Below, piece by piece: positions 1 through 8,399 of a stretch of 32,000 nucleotides of DNA. Origin of the DNA: Bradyrhizobium manausense. GTDB lineage: Bacteria > Pseudomonadota > Alphaproteobacteria > Rhizobiales > Xanthobacteraceae. The notes under the pieces are model-generated. The model was not told the origin of the DNA. It worked only from the letters and a program-made list of their open reading frames with translations, and made no database searches. A program made the translations under genes and the position numbers. Within the stretch, counting starts at the first letter, position 1; the number at the start of each line of letters is the position of its first letter. The stretch lies in assembly GCF_018129685.1 (NCBI RefSeq), contig NZ_JAFCLG010000002.1, positions 397,377 through 429,376 on the forward strand. The letters run 5' to 3'.

Positions 1-970
1 GATCGGACCAGAACCACGCCGGCTCCTCGTAGCTGACGTTGAGCCCGATCATCGCCTTCGCCGCTGCCACGGCCTGGTTCTGGGCGTTGGCCCAGGTGTC
101 AACGCGGATCCATCGGTCGTGCCAGGGGCTGTATTGCAGCGCCGCGTCGCCGGCCGCATGGACGCCGTCGAAGGCCGTCGCCGTTGCGGAATCTACCCTG
201 AAGCTGTCGGCCGCCGGCAGGCCGAACGCCGACACGATCTCGGCAGAGGGCTCGACCCCGATCCCGACGACGATCAGGTCCGCCGGAAGGCGGGTGCCGT
301 CCGAAAGAACGACCGTCCCGCCTTCCACACCGGTGGGCGTGACCCCATAGCGGAACGACACGCCTTCCGCCGTGTGCAGAGCCAGCAGAAAACGGCCCAC
401 GACGTCGGGAAGCGCCCGGCCGAGCAGCCGTTGGGCGGCTTCCACCACCGTCACCGTGCAGCCCGCCGCAACCGCGGCGGCGGCGACCTCCAGCCCGATG
501 ACACCGCCTCCGACGACGACAATCCTGACGCCCGGCACGAGACGGTCGTGGATGGCCCGCGAATCCCCGATGGTGCGCAGGTAGCCGACTGGAATGGCCG
601 ATCCTTCCAGCGCCGCACACCGCCGCGGCGACATCCCGGTTGCCAGAAGCAGCCGGTCGAACCCCGCAGTGCGACCATCGGCGACACCCACCTCGCGACG
701 GTCCGGATCCACGGAGACCACGGCTGTGCCGCACCAGAGATCGATGCCCTGCGCAGCCCAGTGTTCAGCGGATTTGATGAACTGCACCGTCGCACCGGGC
801 TTAGTAAGCAATTCATTGGACAATTGCGGTCGTTCATGGGGCAGATGCGGCTCGGCACCGATCAGCGTGATCGAGCCCTGATGGCCTGCGCTGCGCAGCG
901 CGAGGGCTGCGCGAGCGCCCGCCTGACCGGCGCCGACGATCACGATCCGCACGCTTCCGCCTCCGGTCAT
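1..970 (-). CDS. FAD-dependent pyridine nucleotide-disulfide oxidoreductase (ferredoxin/rubredoxin reductase type). The C-terminus is cut by the window edge.
   Basis: This ORF is not in the track because it runs off the edge. My own translation from the ATG at 970-968 gives MTGGGSVRIVIVGAGQAGARAALALRSAGHQGSITLIGAEPHLPHERPQLSNELL.. The first GxGxxG (FAD) motif is there, and a second Rossmann motif follows later (RIVVVGGGVIGLEVAAAA). The frame stays open to position 1. The Arg-rich track ORFs here (99..734 -, 119..1018 +) are off-frame shadows. Confidence 0.8.
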   Translation of the reverse strand, partial: MTGGGSVRIVIVGAGQAGARAALALRSAGHQGSITLIGAEPHLPHERPQLSNELLTKPGATVQFIKSAEHWAAQGIDLWCGTAVVSVDPDRREVGVADGRTAGFDRLLLATGMSPRRCAALEGSAIPVGYLRTIGDSRAIHDRLVPGVRIVVVGGGVIGLEVAAAAVAAGCTVTVVEAAQRLLGRALPDVVGRFLLALHTAEGVSFRYGVTPTGVEGGTVVLSDGTRLPADLIVVGIGVEPSAEIVSAFGLPAADSFRVDSATATAFDGVHAAGDAALQYSPWHDRWIRVDTWANAQNQAVAAAKAMIGLNVSYEEPAWFWSD

Positions 971-1333
971 CCGGTCACCGTAACGGCAAGGCGGGCGATC
1001 GCCGCCCCCAGCGGATGATTGTCAATAGTCATTAGTCATTGCTCCTCCCCCCGAAGCACTTTCCGGATGCGCCTTTTCGGCATCGTCGTCAGGCCCCAAG
1101 CCTCGGGCTAGATATAAACAGTCTATCTTGCTTGTAAATAGAAAAATAGGTGGGTAAGATTGGGATCGCTAAAATCGTGATCGGGAATGGACGGCACGCG
1201 GCAAGCATCCCGAGCCGGCCACGGGGGGTAAAGCAGGCCGTACGCAAACCGATAGAAATCATGGCTTGTTGGATGCGCGTCGTCCTATCTGTCGCGGAGG
1301 TGAGCAATCACGCTGGAACGCGAGGGAGAAACG

Positions 1334-1813
1334 ATGATAGAGTGCTATTCGTGCCGACAGAGTTGCGAGATGGGTCTCGTTCCGCCGCGCACGCCCGGCA
1401 GGGCCGATGCCCAGGTGCCCCACAACCCGGCAAGCGGCAAGATCTTCTATGGGCGCATCAGCCATTTCTATTTCTACGAAAGGGGTGCAGCCGACGATCC
1501 GGCCTTCGGACTGATCGATATCGAGATCGCGGCGCAATATGCCGCCAGAAACTGTGTGTTGCTAGAAGCCTATTGTATCGGAGACGGGTATCAAAACTGC
1601 CGCGGCAGCGGCAAGCATGCGCCTCTCACCATCGAACTGCACGCGCGCAACGGGATCCTGGCCTCAACGCAATGGAAATATGACGATATCCTCTGCGGTC
1701 ATGCCGATCCCCTCAGCCTGAGTGTTGAATTGAACATGTCCCAAAGCGACTTCGATTCGATCGAACGTGCGGTTCTGCCACCTGTCACAGGAAAGGCTCA
1801 GGTCTGCGCTTGA
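1334..1813 (+). CDS. Hypothetical Cys-containing 159-aa protein, no family recognised
   Basis: Track ORF with a good SD (GAGGGAGAAACG-ATG) and non-degenerate amino-acid composition. I recognise no motif. Its 3' end abuts a CDF-transporter gene fragment on the other strand. Confidence 0.35.
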   Translation: MIECYSCRQSCEMGLVPPRTPGRADAQVPHNPASGKIFYGRISHFYFYERGAADDPAFGLIDIEIAAQYAARNCVLLEAYCIGDGYQNCRGSGKHAPLTIELHARNGILASTQWKYDDILCGHADPLSLSVELNMSQSDFDSIERAVLPPVTGKAQVCA

Positions 1814-2000
1814 GATGTCATCCTTACGTCCCGAGGCGAAGAGCAACGCAGTAGAACCATTGATGATGATGCCAATGGTGGCAACGATCATTACGGTCTG
1901 GCCGGCGACGGGTTCCGGATGAGCAACGAGCTGAACTGCCTCCCAGGCTATTGCACCTACTGCCACCAGCAGAAATATTGCATTGAAGACTGCTGCCCGT
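1808..2000 (-). pseudogene. Roughly 60-aa internal fragment of a cation diffusion facilitator (CzcD-type) transporter gene
   Basis: The minus-frame translation ..RAAVFNAIFLLVAVGAIAWEAVQLVAHPEPVAGQTVMIVATIGIIINGSTALLFASGRKDD matches the TM3-TM4 region pattern of CDF proteins. There is no N- or C-terminal remainder. Confidence 0.55.
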
Positions 2001-2420
2001 GGCGATCCAGACCCTGACGCCGCTCGGAACAGGGATCATTGTCGGCTCAGAAAATCGAGAACCCGTCCCAACGCCTCAGCGTCGACATTCTCATCAACGA
2101 TGACGCGCTTGCCGTCACCGAGTTCGATCTCGATCAGGCCGCGTCGCTTCCGGGCCGGCATCGCCCCTGGCTTCAATCGATCGGACGCTTTCGACCGAAG
2201 GCGCCCGCCTGCAGACTCGCCGAATCGATCCCGGACGCAACGCGAACCGTGGCCGCGCCGATCACGATCTCGATCATGCCTGAAGCAATTGATGCCGCTG
2301 GCGCAACCGGCGCCTCCTTCACCAAAAGGCGTTCTTCGACAACAACCGGCGCAAAAGCCGGGCCGCTCTCCTGCGTCTCGTAACGCCTGCCGCCGGGCGT
2401 CACCATTTGAGCGCCAGGAT
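1993..2420 (-). mobile_element. IS66-family remnant: frameshifted orf1 (TnpA accessory) plus only the first ~15 codons of orf2 (TnpB)
   Basis: Two IS66 orf1-type C-terminal motifs are present: GMIEIVIGAATVRVASGIDSASLQA and GLIEIELGDGKRVIVDENVDAEALGRVLDFLSRQ*. The second stop overlaps (ATGA) an MIPVPSGVRVWIATG.. start, which is the typical IS66 TnpB N-terminus. That start breaks off at about 1995. Confidence 0.65.
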
Positions 2421-2599
2421 CCCCATATTCATGTCGATGTCGGTCTTGGCGGCGCCGACGTGCGCACCTGGTACGCATGCAGCACCTCAAGCTGTGCCCG
2501 CCCATGGGAGCGGGCACCCTGCCTCAGCTAAAGGCGAACGCTTCGTAGCGGGCGCTCCTGACGGTATCGAGTTGCTGCCGGTCGCCACCGATGCCGCGA

Positions 2600-3355
2600 T
2601 CAGGTAGCGACATAACCGCCGTCAACTACAACTTCCGAGCCGCAGAAGAACGATGACTCGTCCGAAGCGAGGAAGAGTATCGCCTGCGAGACTTCGATGG
2701 GCTGGCTGGGGCGGTTCAACAAGGTCGGCCCAAGGATCGCCTTGCGTGTCTCCGGATCGGCGTGAAGAAGATCCTTGGTCATGGGGGTATCGATCACCCC
2801 CGGGTGAATCGAATTCACCCGGATGTTGAAGGGCGCAAGGTCCACTGCACAGGACTTGGTCAGAAGCCGGACGGCCCCCTTGGACGCGATGTAGGCGCCC
2901 GCCGACGGCGCAGCGATGATCCCGTAGATCGACGAGATGTTGATAATGGACCCGCTACCGGACTCTTTCATCAGCGGCACGCATTCACGGATACCAAGGA
3001 AAACACCCCGAACATTGATGTTGAAAATACGATCCCATTCCTCGTTCGTCGTCTCGTGCGCAGGCTTCAGGATCAGGATACCGGCATTGTTCACCAGAAC
3101 ATCCAGCCGACCGGTCTTTGCCTTGACCGACGCAACTGCTGAGTGCCAGTCGGCCTCGCTCGTCACGTCTAGCTTGATGAACTCGGCCGTGCCGCCCCTG
3201 CCGCCGATGTCGTCGACCACCTGGCGGCCCTTTTCTGCGTCGATGTCGCAAACGAACACATGTGCGCCCTCGGCGGCCAGAAGCTCGGAATGGGACTTCC
3301 CCATTCCCATTGCGCCACCGGTGACCAGTACCACTTTCCCATTGACTCTGCCCAT
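2600..3355 (-). CDS. Classical short-chain dehydrogenase/reductase (SDR)
   Basis: Motifs: TGGAMGMG (TGxxxGxG), NNAG, the S..YIASK catalytic set and PGVIDTPM. I prefer the ATG at 3355 (MGRVNGKVVLVTGG) because it sits behind AGGGAGGAACTAC. The track start at 3391 adds 12 codons. Confidence 0.9.
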   Translation of the reverse strand: MGRVNGKVVLVTGGAMGMGKSHSELLAAEGAHVFVCDIDAEKGRQVVDDIGGRGGTAEFIKLDVTSEADWHSAVASVKAKTGRLDVLVNNAGILILKPAHETTNEEWDRIFNINVRGVFLGIRECVPLMKESGSGSIINISSIYGIIAAPSAGAYIASKGAVRLLTKSCAVDLAPFNIRVNSIHPGVIDTPMTKDLLHADPETRKAILGPTLLNRPSQPIEVSQAILFLASDESSFFCGSEVVVDGGYVAT

Positions 3356-3449
3356 GTAGTTCCTCCCTGGCTTTCTTAGTTCTCTTGACATGGATGGGAC
3401 AGGGCCGGGCCAGTTGACCCGGCCCTGTCCAGACGTAGTTCGAGGTAGA

Positions 3450-5069
3450 TCAGCGGTCGAACGACAGGGTCGAATAGCCGCTGTCCGCTACCGCCTTCAG
3501 TTCATTCCGGTAGCCCCCGATGCCGCCCATGTAGAACATCACGGTGTTCTTCTTGCCGGGGATGTTGGCGCCGAAGATCCACGACTGCACCTTCGGGAAG
3601 AGCGTCATGTTGGCGATCTCCTGGCAGGTCTTTGTCCAGCTCTCCTCGGCCTGCCGGGTCGGCTCTACTGTCAAGGCACGTGAACGTTCAGCATGGCCGA
3701 TGAGGTCGCCGATCCACTCCACCTGCGTCTCGATGCTAGGGGGCAGGTTCGTGAATGGGCCGTTCGGTCCGAGGATCATGAACATATTGGGAAAGCCGTG
3801 CGTGGACAGCCCCAGGTAGCTGGTCGGTCCGTCGCCCCAGTGTTCGTTGATGTGCCGCCCGCCGCGTCCGCGCAGGTCCATGGAACGATAGTTGCCGTCG
3901 ACCGCGTCGAAACCGGTCGCGAAGACGAGCACGTCTAGCTTGTGCTCGACGCTGTCGGCCGTGCGCACCCCGGCGGGCGTGATCGCCTCGATCGGATTCT
4001 CCTCGATCGAGACTAGCGTGACATTGTCGCGGTTGAAGGTTTCGTAGTAGCCCTCGTTGCACAGCGGGCGCTTGGCGTACAAGCCGGTCGGGGTGAGCTT
4101 GCGCGCGGTCTCCGGGTCCTTGACGATTTCCTTGATCTTCGAGCGGATGAACGCCGCCGCGGCCGCATTGGCCTCCGGGTTGGTGGCGATATCGCAGAAC
4201 GTGCCGAACATGAACCGGAAGCCGTTGCCCTTGTCCCAGTTCTCCTGGAAGACTCGGCGCCGCTCCTCCTCGGAAACGCTCATCGCCTCGACGCCGCTTT
4301 CCTGGAAGCCAAAGGCGACCACCGAGTTGCGCACCTGCTGCCAGATCGCGTCGAAGTTCTTCTTGGTCTCGACGACCTCGGCCCGATCGACCGGGCCGTT
4401 GCCGGACGGCACGCAGTATTGTGGCGAGCGCTGGAAGACTGTCAGATGGCCGGCCTGCTTGGCGGCGGCGACGATGAACTGAGTTCCCGTGGAGCCAGTA
4501 CCGATCACGCCGACCCGCTTGCCGGTGATGTCGAGGTCGCGCGGCCAGGCGTTGGTGTGCACGAGGATGCCGCCGAAGCTGTCTCGTCCGGGAATGTCGG
4601 GCATGTTGCTCTTCGCGAGGAGCCCGAGCGCCGTCACCAGGTAGCGGCTCGTGAAGGCTTCGCCCGTGCTCGTGCGCACCTGCCAGAGGTTACGCTGCTC
4701 GTTGAATACCGCGCTCGCGATTTCGGTATTCAGCTGGATGTCGCGGCGAAGATCGAACCGATCGACGACGTGGTTAAGGTACTGCTCGATCTCAGATTGC
4801 TCCAGGTAACGTGTGGTCCAGTCCCACTCCTGCAGCAGATCCTTGTCAAAGGAGTAGCGGTAGACGAAACCCTCGGTATCCGACTTCGCGCCGGGGTAGC
4901 GGTTGAAGTACCAGGTGCCGCCGATGCCGCCGCCCTTTTCGAACGCCCGGACCTTGAGCCCAAGCTCATTGCGCAGCTTGTGAAGCATGTAGATGCCGCC
5001 AAATCCGGCGCCGATCACGATAGCGTCGAAGTCAGCTTCCGTTCTGGATTTCCTGGCAAGATTGTTCAT
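3450..5069 (-). CDS. Type I Baeyer-Villiger monooxygenase (FAD/NADPH-dependent, cyclohexanone/acetone monooxygenase family)
   Basis: Motifs: GAGFGG (FAD), the BVMO fingerprint FGGILVHTNAWP (FxGxxxHxxxWP), GTGSTG (NADPH) and ATGFD. The start is at M60 of the track ORF (MNNLARKS..), behind GGAGAGAGCCA. The upstream 59 codons are Arg/Pro-rich and non-coding-like. Confidence 0.92.
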   Translation of the reverse strand: MNNLARKSRTEADFDAIVIGAGFGGIYMLHKLRNELGLKVRAFEKGGGIGGTWYFNRYPGAKSDTEGFVYRYSFDKDLLQEWDWTTRYLEQSEIEQYLNHVVDRFDLRRDIQLNTEIASAVFNEQRNLWQVRTSTGEAFTSRYLVTALGLLAKSNMPDIPGRDSFGGILVHTNAWPRDLDITGKRVGVIGTGSTGTQFIVAAAKQAGHLTVFQRSPQYCVPSGNGPVDRAEVVETKKNFDAIWQQVRNSVVAFGFQESGVEAMSVSEEERRRVFQENWDKGNGFRFMFGTFCDIATNPEANAAAAAFIRSKIKEIVKDPETARKLTPTGLYAKRPLCNEGYYETFNRDNVTLVSIEENPIEAITPAGVRTADSVEHKLDVLVFATGFDAVDGNYRSMDLRGRGGRHINEHWGDGPTSYLGLSTHGFPNMFMILGPNGPFTNLPPSIETQVEWIGDLIGHAERSRALTVEPTRQAEESWTKTCQEIANMTLFPKVQSWIFGANIPGKKNTVMFYMGGIGGYRNELKAVADSGYSTLSFDR

Positions 5070-5163
5070 TGGCTCTCTCCGTTGTCCACGCGAGGAATGG
5101 TGCCGCTGTTCATGATGTTGTGGGGTTGGGTCGCGAACCGGCGTGCCGGTGCGCGTGACCAAA

Positions 5164-6066
5164 TCAGAGGTTCTTGTACCAGGCGGCGATGCGGCCGAGT
5201 TCCTGATCTGCCTCGGGTGCGCGGCCGGCCAGCGCGGGAAAGACATGTTGCATGCCGGGGACCACTGACAGCACGGTCTTCACCCCTTGGGCTTTCGCCT
5301 TGGCATGAAGCGTTTCGGAATCGCTGAGCAGTGTCTCGTTCCCGCCGGCGTTGATGTAGAGCGGCGGAAAGCCCTTGAAGTCGTTTTCGAGAGGGTTCGC
5401 GAGCGGATCGTGCGGATCCGTCTTGCCGCCGAGGAACATGCCAGCCATTGCTTCGAGAATCGGCCGGCCGACCAGCGCGTCGGTAGCTGAATTGGTCTCG
5501 AGCGTGGGTCCGCGTAGGGCCATATCGAGCCACGGAGAGAAGGCGATCACGCTGCCGGGCAGTGGCAGGCGAAGATCGCGCATCTTGAGCACGCTCGCGA
5601 TAGCGAGATTGCCGCCCGCGCTGTCGCCCGCGGTCGAGATCTTCTTTGCATCAAAGCCCTTCTCGAGCAGAGCCTTGTAGGCGGCGACGGCATCCTCGAT
5701 CTGGGCGGGGAAGGGATGCTCGGGCGCTCGCCGATAGTGGAGCACAACAGCAGTGACATTGAGGGCCTTAGCCAGATGTCCCGCGAGTTTCCGGTGGCTG
5801 TCGGCCGAGCCGACTGCAAAGCCGCCGCCATGAGTGTAGACGATTGCGCGCGAGTTATCGGCGCCAACAGGAAGCGCCCAGATGGCCTCGACACCGCCGA
5901 CGCGATCGCTCTTGTAGCAGACATTCTCTGGTTCCAGCGCCGGCTGACCCCATTCGTCAAACATACTACGCAGGTTCGCGATCGACAAATTCGGATCGGC
6001 AACCATGCGGTTGGTCCAATCCTGATAGAGTGCACGCAGAAAATCAGCTTGCTTGCTCGAAGCCAT
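5164..6066 (-). CDS. Alpha/beta-hydrolase esterase, hormone-sensitive-lipase (family IV) type
   Basis: HGGGF oxyanion-hole motif, GDSAGG nucleophile elbow and a C-terminal ..GMQHVF.. His. Strong SD GGGGAGGAAAACCT-ATG. Confidence 0.9.
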   Translation of the reverse strand: MASSKQADFLRALYQDWTNRMVADPNLSIANLRSMFDEWGQPALEPENVCYKSDRVGGVEAIWALPVGADNSRAIVYTHGGGFAVGSADSHRKLAGHLAKALNVTAVVLHYRRAPEHPFPAQIEDAVAAYKALLEKGFDAKKISTAGDSAGGNLAIASVLKMRDLRLPLPGSVIAFSPWLDMALRGPTLETNSATDALVGRPILEAMAGMFLGGKTDPHDPLANPLENDFKGFPPLYINAGGNETLLSDSETLHAKAKAQGVKTVLSVVPGMQHVFPALAGRAPEADQELGRIAAWYKNL

Positions 6067-6268
6067 AGGTTTTCCTCCCCTTGAAAGACCTCGGCGTCGC
6101 CGCGTGCGCCGGAGATCTCTCTCGCGGAAGATGGCGCTACGGACGGGCCTGTTTTGGTCGTCTTGTCCAGGAAAGATAGCGCAGCGGGGTGAGCCGGTAT
6201 TGGACCGGCTTGCCCCGCTTCATGGTAGAATCTTGCTGGCGCCTACCAAGGGCGCGCACAGAGAACCA

Positions 6269-7147
6269 TCAGGCGCTGTTGCGGAAATTGTTTGGGGTAA
6301 CACCCAAGTACTTGCGGAATACGCGGATAAGGTGGCTCTGATCGGTGAAGCCACATTCGGCGGCAATCAATTTCAGCGGGAGGCGGCTGCTCTTCAGCAA
6401 GCACTCGGCCCTCTTGATGCGCCGCGAAAGAACATAAGAGTGCGGGGCCACTCCGAGATCAGCCTTGAATTTGCGCGAGAAGTGGTAGCTGCTCAGTCTG
6501 GCAAGACCCGCCAGATCGTCGAGCGTGATGTTTTTCGTAAGATTCTGGTCGATGAACTCGGTCATCATTCGCCGTAGGCGAGGACTGAACGAGCCCAGCT
6601 TGGGTGGCCTAAACTCCACCTTGGCATAGTGGCGCAACAGATGGATGGCGAGCTGCGTCCGGATCGAGTCAATATAGAGTCTTTCGCCGAGCCCCTCGCC
6701 CTGGAGTTCACTCTCCAGCATTTTCAGGTAAAGAGGGATGATCGGGTCCTCCGCCCGGACCCGATCATCCATTCTCACCCGATCGAGATCCTTTTCGAAG
6801 ACCTGGTTGGCGGTCTGTTCGATAATCTCGTGGCCGATGTAGATGTGCTTCACCCGGATCGGGCGATCCCATCGCCAAACCGACTGTTCGGCACGAGTCA
6901 GGAGCGAGATCACTCCCTTTTCTACGGCATCGCTGTGCCAAGGCCCGCCGCTGCTGCGTTGCATGATCGCTTTCGCGCCTTCATAGATAACGATCATGTA
7001 GTCGCGCATTAATGGAATCTTCGCTTCCTGGTCAGGATAGTGATACCCCTTGAGCGTTAGGCCGCTCCAGTCAAGATGAGAACTGTCCGCGATCTTCTCG
7101 CCGGGTATCCAGTTTGGGATCAGATCCGGCGGCACAAGCGCTGTCAT
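6269..7147 (-). CDS. AraC/XylS-family transcriptional regulator
   Basis: The C-terminal double HTH reads ITLDDLAGLARLSSYHFSRKFKADLGVAPHSYVLSRRIKRAECLL...ECGFTDQSHLIRVFRKYLGVTPNNFR. I prefer the ATG at 7147, behind GGGAGGATACAGA. Confidence 0.88.
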   Translation of the reverse strand: MTALVPPDLIPNWIPGEKIADSSHLDWSGLTLKGYHYPDQEAKIPLMRDYMIVIYEGAKAIMQRSSGGPWHSDAVEKGVISLLTRAEQSVWRWDRPIRVKHIYIGHEIIEQTANQVFEKDLDRVRMDDRVRAEDPIIPLYLKMLESELQGEGLGERLYIDSIRTQLAIHLLRHYAKVEFRPPKLGSFSPRLRRMMTEFIDQNLTKNITLDDLAGLARLSSYHFSRKFKADLGVAPHSYVLSRRIKRAECLLKSSRLPLKLIAAECGFTDQSHLIRVFRKYLGVTPNNFRNSA

Positions 7148-7369
7148 TCTGTATCCTCCCATGCTCGGCGCGCGATCCTCTAACGGGTTCTCTCAGAGCA
7201 AATGGCAGATTCTAACATACTGTATTTGCGACTAATAGTTAAGCGCATCGCGCAGCGCCTGAATTGGGCAATGTCTGCGCCTGCCTTGCGTCTCAGGCCT
7301 CGACCAGAATGGCTTCGAGGTCATCACGGATTTCGCCCAAGCGTCCGAGCGGTGGTACAAACTTGGTGC

Positions 7370-7565
7370 AGTGCACCGAAACACAATCCGGCAGCAGCTC
7401 AATCGTTCGTGCCAGCCAAGCGACCGCTTCAGCCAAGACTGGTACATGGTGCAGCGCGCCCGCGACAGGACGTTGAAAACTATCGCCCCGATCGGCGATG
7501 ATCCCGCCGTCAGCCTTCCGGCATCGCCAGCCGACCTGCCCGCAACAGACCGGCAGTCGCGGTGA
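7370..7565 (+). pseudogene. IS256-family transposase C-terminal fragment
   Basis: ..DWYMVQRARDRTLKTIAPIGDDPAVSLPA.. resembles the conserved IS256 C-terminal block (..NDEWAVQRARYMTLE.IAP..). There is no upstream catalytic region in frame. Confidence 0.45.
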
Positions 7566-7689
7566 CCTGCCGCCAACTACACCACGCCAAGCGGACACGA
7601 ATTGCTCAAAAATGTGCGCATCGAAGTCACTAAGAAGAATGATCAGGCGGTCTGTCTTAGCTGCGGTAGTTTGTTTTGTGCTCGCGATG

Positions 7690-7915
7690 GCAAATTCGCA
7701 TTTGACGTGATCCCGCGGCGGCCTTAATGCCTTCGTGGGCGTCGGACATCACCAGCTTGATGCCGCGCAGGCCGCGGCGAACGAGCTTGCGCAGGAATGT
7801 GCAGAACGTCTCGGCCTCGCAGGGGCCGATATCAAGCCCGAGTATCTCGCGCCGTCCGTCGCTGTTGATGCCGACCAAAACGATCACGGCGACCGAAACA
7901 ATTCGGCCGGCCTAG
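7690..7915 (-). mobile_element. IS256-family transposase internal fragment (remnant)
   Basis: ..RIVSVAVIVLVGINSDGRREILGLDIGPCEAETFCTFLRKLVRRGLRGIKLVMSDAHEGIKAA.. is the conserved central block of IS256/Mutator transposases. It is preceded by a stop and truncated after about 75 aa. Its orientation is opposite to the 7370-7565 fragment. Confidence 0.7.
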
Positions 7916-8399
7916 CGCACACGCTCTGAGATGTATCGTTGTTGAGACGTGCGAACTCTCCGCTCATGTCGTCAAGGTCGCGTGGAGAGATGCGGTAAGC
8001 CGCGGCAAGCGCCCGGCGGTGAATCTTAGAATCGGCTATCGTCTTTTGCGGATGGCAGCACCAGACCGATTACAGGCGTTCCTCGTAGCTCACCAGGGTA
8101 GATAGATGGTACCGGACCTAAGAAATCGATTGGTCGGCGATCACCGACGGCGAAGATGCCAGTTGCCAAAAAGCCGGAAAAGGCGACCGCTGCTGCGGTT
8201 AATGCCCAAGTTGCGAACAACGGCGAACATGGGGTCTAGCTAGCCGCGCCGTCCACCGGCTTGAGCGCGGAAAGAAAGGCGTGCGCGATGCCTCCTCGAT
8301 CTTCGGGCCGCGCGACTTTCCCCTGCGGCCTAGCAACGTCATTCTCTGCGGCCGAGCCTCATCGGCGATGTCGCCTGGTCTGGCTTCAGTGCCGCCACC

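Noticed and set aside
99-1018. Track ORFs 99..734(-), 119..1018(+), 372..584(+), 451..858(-) and 594..881(+)
   Set aside because: They are extremely Arg/Pro/Gly-rich, which is typical of off-frame shadows in GC-rich DNA. The real gene is the edge-truncated minus-strand flavoprotein reductase, which lies in a different frame.
5070-5246. N-terminal extensions of track ORFs (BVMO 5070-5246, SDR 3356-3391, pmoC 15401-15436, RR1 23019-23171, copC 29197-29280, esterase 11682-11765)
   Set aside because: Internal starts sit behind clear SD sequences and coincide with the start of homology or the signal peptide. The upstream parts look non-coding.
4419-5327. 302-aa plus-strand ORF and other ORFs overlapping the BVMO and esterase genes
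   Set aside because: These are antisense or off-frame shadows of well-supported genes. They have no motifs and a biased composition.
7293-7598. 101-aa minus-strand ORF, considered as a possible transposase or integrase fragment
   Set aside because: The plus strand here carries the recognisable IS256 C-terminal block (DWYMVQRARDRTLKTIAPI). The minus ORF is its antisense shadow.
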